Assembly: GCF_036323395.1 (NCBI RefSeq)
Contig: NZ_AP028907.1
Location: 2,160,001 to 2,192,000 of the forward strand
Source: Pyrodictium abyssi
Lineage (GTDB): Archaea; Thermoproteota; Thermoprotei_A; Sulfolobales; Pyrodictiaceae
Reading direction: 5' to 3'
DNA length: 32,000 nucleotides
Each line of letters begins with the position of its first letter. The stretch's first letter is position 1. Of the stretch, positions 28,734 to 32,000 are shown one piece after another. A program made the translations under genes and the position numbers. The notes below the pieces were generated by a model. That model saw only the letters and a list, made by a program, of their open reading frames with translations. It did not search any database and was not told the DNA's origin.

Positions 28734-29296
28734 GCATAACTCAACAGAGAATTGTAAGCTCACCACCGTTCTTCCGTTTAACCCTATCCAAAATCCCCAC
28801 GATGCATAACTCAACAGAGAATTGTAAGACTACTATATCGTTACCAGGCACTATTAGTACCACTACTGCATAACTCAACAGAGAATTGTAAGAAAGAGGC
28901 GGAGCTCTACGTGAGGCTCGCCGAGACCAAGAAGGCATAACTCAACAGAGAATTGTAAGGAGAATGGCCCGTATCCGAGCCACCGGATGCAGCTCAACAG
29001 TTAGCATAACTCAACAGAGAATTGTAAGTGTACTCGGAGTAGTCCAGGGTCTGGGTTATAGACACATCTATCTGCATAACTCAACAGAGAATTGTAAGCG
29101 TAATCTACCAGCCGGAGAGAGAACTCGAGGATGCCGCATAACTCAACAGAGAATTGTAAGTCACCGACCGCCACCCCGCCCTCTTCCTAAACGCCGCCGG
29201 CGCATAACTCAACAGAGAATTGTAAGTCACGGTAAAGGTGGTGCTCGGCCCCAAGGCCTTCAACTCCACGCGCATAACTCAACAGAGAATTGTAAG
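28734..29296 (+). CRISPR. CRISPR array, 9 identical 25-nt repeats, 8 spacers of 37-45 nt
   Basis: Repeat GCATAACTCAACAGAGAATTGTAAG at 28734, 28804, 28870, 28935, 29004, 29074, 29136, 29202 and 29272. Spacer lengths 45, 41, 40, 44, 45, 37, 41, 45. Plus-strand orientation inferred from the 3' ATTGTAAG, similar to the ATTGAAAG crRNA tag. Confidence 0.97.
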
Positions 29297-29382
29297 CTTG
29301 AGGAATTTTAATATACGTTAATGCGTCGTGTCTCTGTTTAAGTGTCTTTGCCTGTTGCGGCGCGGAGCCAGGTATATCTGGT

Positions 29383-29940
29383 GTGGACTATAATATCGTT
29401 TTGGGTGCCGGGGTGTTGGCTCCGGTTGATGTGGAGCGTATCCGGAGGGTGCTTGAGGAGCGGCGGCCGAGCCCGGCGCATGTGCTGTTCGCGGTGTTCA
29501 TCAGCTCGCTGGCGGAGGGTAACCTGCTGAACCAGGGCGTAATGAACTTCCTGTCGAGGAGCGCAGCGGAGAAGCTCCACGTCTACCTAGGGGCTATGGG
29601 GCTCCGCGTCGAGGGCAGGACGGATGCTGAGCGTCTACGCGACCTCGTAGCCAAGGTTAACCGGCTCCTCGAGATAGGCCGAGACCCAGTGGTCGAGGCA
29701 GCGGGGGACGGCGTGGTCACCGTCGGGCTTGGCGGGGAGAGCTGCCGGTACTGCCCCAAGGGCGTAGGCCTTGCCGAGATACCGGGCACCGCCTGCCCCT
29801 TCCCGAGGCTAATCGAGGCCCTAGCCCAGCTAGAGGGGATAAACGCGAGGCTAATCGTAGAGCGCGAGGGAGCACGGGTAAAGGTTCTCGAGAAGCGGAG
29901 CGGCTTATGCTTCTTCAGATACCAGGTGGGACAGCGCTAG
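29383..29940 (+). CDS. unknown protein with Cys-rich V4R-like C-terminal half
   Basis: GTG start, 185 aa; ...GLGGESCRYCPKGVGLAEIPGTACPFPRLIEALAQLEGINARLIVEREGARVKVLEKRSGLCFFRYQVGQR. Confidence 0.6.
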   Translation: MDYNIVLGAGVLAPVDVERIRRVLEERRPSPAHVLFAVFISSLAEGNLLNQGVMNFLSRSAAEKLHVYLGAMGLRVEGRTDAERLRDLVAKVNRLLEIGRDPVVEAAGDGVVTVGLGGESCRYCPKGVGLAEIPGTACPFPRLIEALAQLEGINARLIVEREGARVKVLEKRSGLCFFRYQVGQR

Positions 29941-29965
29941 AAGGCTGCTCCGTGCGTTTCTGGGC

Positions 29966-30573
29966 CTAGGTCGGGCCTATGGAGAGCGCTGGTACGTCTA
30001 TCATGTGCTCTCTGCCTGCGTGGTGTATTGTAGCTGCTACGGCGAACTGGTGGCTGCTCCCGCTCTCGTGTAGTCGTTGCTCTAGTGCGCGGAGGGCTAT
30101 GAGGGCCTGGAGTAGGGCGTAGACGGGCTCCCCCGGCTCTCTGGCCGCTGTCTCGCTGAGCGCGGCTGTGGCCGGCCGGGCTATCCTCGTGGTGGCGGGG
30201 TGGCTGCTCCAGAGCCTATACGCGCCGGTGTCGCGTGTCGCAGCTATGGCGCCGTCTAGCAGTATGGGGTCCATGGACGGTATCGCGGTGTCGCACATAT
30301 CCCTGGGGTATCGAGCTCCACCGCTATCCTCGGCTCGCCGCAGCCGCCACGGGGCCAGGCCTCCAGCGTCTCCTCGTCGATAAGGGGCCCCGGCCCAGTG
30401 ACAGCGTTTATCCTCCTGGCTAGCTCCGCAACGCGGCAGCGGATGGGAGGCAGCCTGCCCGCTAGGCCGCTCTCGCAGCCGCTGGCCACGAGGTCCCGTG
30501 CCAGCGTGGCGGCGTTGCGCCCCGGCCAGCTGCTGGGCCGGTGGCGGGGCGGTATAGCGGTTAGCGGCTCCAC
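29966..30573 (-). pseudogene. probable frameshifted gene of unknown function
   Basis: Two overlapping minus-strand ORFs (30256..30573 and 29966..30298) that look coding on either side of a frame change near 30298: ...LEAWPRGGCGEPRIAVELDTPG | MCDTAIPSMDPILLDGAIAATRDTGAYRLWSS.... Confidence 0.45.
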
Positions 30574-30622
30574 GGCCCGGGGCCCGGCGCGCCGGGACGT
30601 CTACACCGCATACCCCCGGGCT

Positions 30623-31063
30623 CTACGGCGGCCCGTACTCAGAGACGTGCCTCGCCACGGGTTCTCGCCCTCTTAGCTGTCTTAGCAGCTTCTCGTCAGC
30701 CGTATAGAAGACAGTGCCAAGCCTCCTAGCCAGCACGATGTAGTAGGCATCGTACACGGTGACCCCGTTGTCGATGGCATAGCCTAGAGCCTCCCTCGCG
30801 AGCTCCCCGTCTACCTCCACGAACTCTACATCCATCTCGAGTAGGAGGCTGAAAGCCTCCCCAGCCTCCCCGGGTCCCATAACCCCTCTCACAACGTACT
30901 TTCTCAGGGCGTTAGCGAGCTCCAGCAGCGCGTAGGATGGCGCGGCTACTGCAACCCTAGCGTCGAGGTGGTCGTTCAGGATAGCCTCTGCCTTGTCGCT
31001 GAACTCCTCCGGTACAAACCACTTGACGAGAACACTCGCGTCAACGACGACCCGCCGCGTCAT
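30623..31063 (-). CDS. PIN-domain toxin (VapC)
   Basis: RRVVVDASVLVKWFVPEEFSDKAEAIL, PSYALLELANALRKYV, NGVTVYDAYYIVLARRLGTVFYTADEKLLRQL. Confidence 0.9.
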   Translation of the reverse strand: MTRRVVVDASVLVKWFVPEEFSDKAEAILNDHLDARVAVAAPSYALLELANALRKYVVRGVMGPGEAGEAFSLLLEMDVEFVEVDGELAREALGYAIDNGVTVYDAYYIVLARRLGTVFYTADEKLLRQLRGREPVARHVSEYGPP

Positions 31064-31284
31064 CGCGTCTCCCGGTCCTCGCGTATAAGCTCCGCAGCAA
31101 CGTTGCCCTCGACTCTGCCTATACGGCTCCTAAGCCTGGCTAGCCTCTCACGTATCCTCCTAGCCTTCTCCTCCCGGACCCTCCTCTCGAGGAACCTCCT
31201 AACCTCCTCAGCATAGTCGATACCGAGCCTCTCAAGCTCCTCCCGGAGCCTACGGGGAACCCGGATAGAGATTACAGTGCTCAA
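31060..31284 (-). CDS. VapB-like antitoxin; likely start TTG 31284 rather than 31347
   Basis: LSTVISIRVPRRLREELERLGIDYAEEVRRFLERRVREEK aligns by eye with MSVVISVRVPRWVKEKLEEHGVNIPELVRQKL of the 11112 gene; overlaps the PIN gene. Confidence 0.8.
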   Translation of the reverse strand: MSTVISIRVPRRLREELERLGIDYAEEVRRFLERRVREEKARRIRERLARLRSRIGRVEGNVAAELIREDRETR

Positions 31285-32000
31285 TAAACAGCCACCCGTA
31301 TACACAGATGCGTCCACAAAGACCATATAAAGACACAGCCGCTGCACCCTAGACCCTTACACAGCTAGCAGAAGAAAGCTGAGAGCTGCAAGGGCGTGGA
31401 CGTGGGGCTGCTCTACCCCAGGGGCTATGCGCGCCATGTTCTCCGGGAGCTAGGCCTCTGCGGGGGAGACCTGCGGCAGGGCCCAGCTAGTGGGTAGGCT
31501 CAAGAGGCTCGTGGAGGAGGGCGTGGAGGCCGCCGAGGCGGCTGCAGCCCGGCTCGGGCTGCGCGTATAGCGTGTAGCCGAGGGTGATGGTTACTTACTC
31601 TTTATAGTGGCTGCTCTACCCCAGGGCCGCGGCTAGGTGCCCCTTAGCGGGTGCTAGGACTATTAGGTTCCGGGTCCGGGTTGTGGGTTGTGCTCTGGAG
31701 CCTTGGACCATGCTGAGCTCCGGGAGGACGAGATGCTGGAGGTTATTGCTATACTTCTCGGGGCAATGAGAGAGTACTCGACGATGCTGGTGGTGACCCG
31801 CTGCTGTTGAAGGGGATTCCGAGGAAGATTAACCCGGAGCTAGTCTAGGCAAAACACGCCAGGTCAAGATAGGAAAAACCACGGCATCAATCACCCTCAC
31901 TCGAGCCATGGACAGAGGAGCCAAAAATACAGCCCTAGCAGAGCAATGCCCGAGGAACACTAGTACCGTCTTCCGTGTCGAGTCGAATGTCAAAAACGTT

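Noticed and set aside
28964-29311. 115-aa ORF with repeating ITQQRIVS peptide
   Set aside because: The repeated peptide is just translation of the CRISPR repeat GCATAACTCAACAGAGAATTGTAAG; not a protein. The same applies to 28508..28938 minus ORFs across the array.

Overview
High-GC archaeal chromosome segment. Gene content and the 24-25 nt CRISPR repeat ending in an ATTGAAAG-like tag suggest a hyperthermophilic crenarchaeon (Desulfurococcales/Pyrodictiaceae-like; inference). The backbone includes: a partial SAM methyltransferase; an ICC-like phosphoesterase; an alpha/beta hydrolase; a PMT-like glycosyltransferase, a pilin-like surface protein and a DPM synthase-GtrA fusion next to one another; an MBL hydrolase; an S9 peptidase; a mevalonate-pathway block (HMG-CoA synthase, thiolase, DUF35 zinc-ribbon protein, then HMG-CoA reductase); a Tat-signal SagB-like nitroreductase; a MATE transporter; RNase Z; and a PLP aminotransferase. 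Accessory content includes four VapBC-like PIN toxin-antitoxin modules, an AT-richer two-gene small-protein/coiled-coil cassette with 18-aa repeats inside the mevalonate block, a decayed AAA ATPase gene with three lesions, and a 9-repeat CRISPR array at 28734-29296 with no cas genes in view. A Cys-containing V4R-like unknown lies next to the array. No rRNA or tRNA was identified by eye. No complete new defence system is demonstrable; the best candidates for new biology are several small uncharacterised gene pairs.
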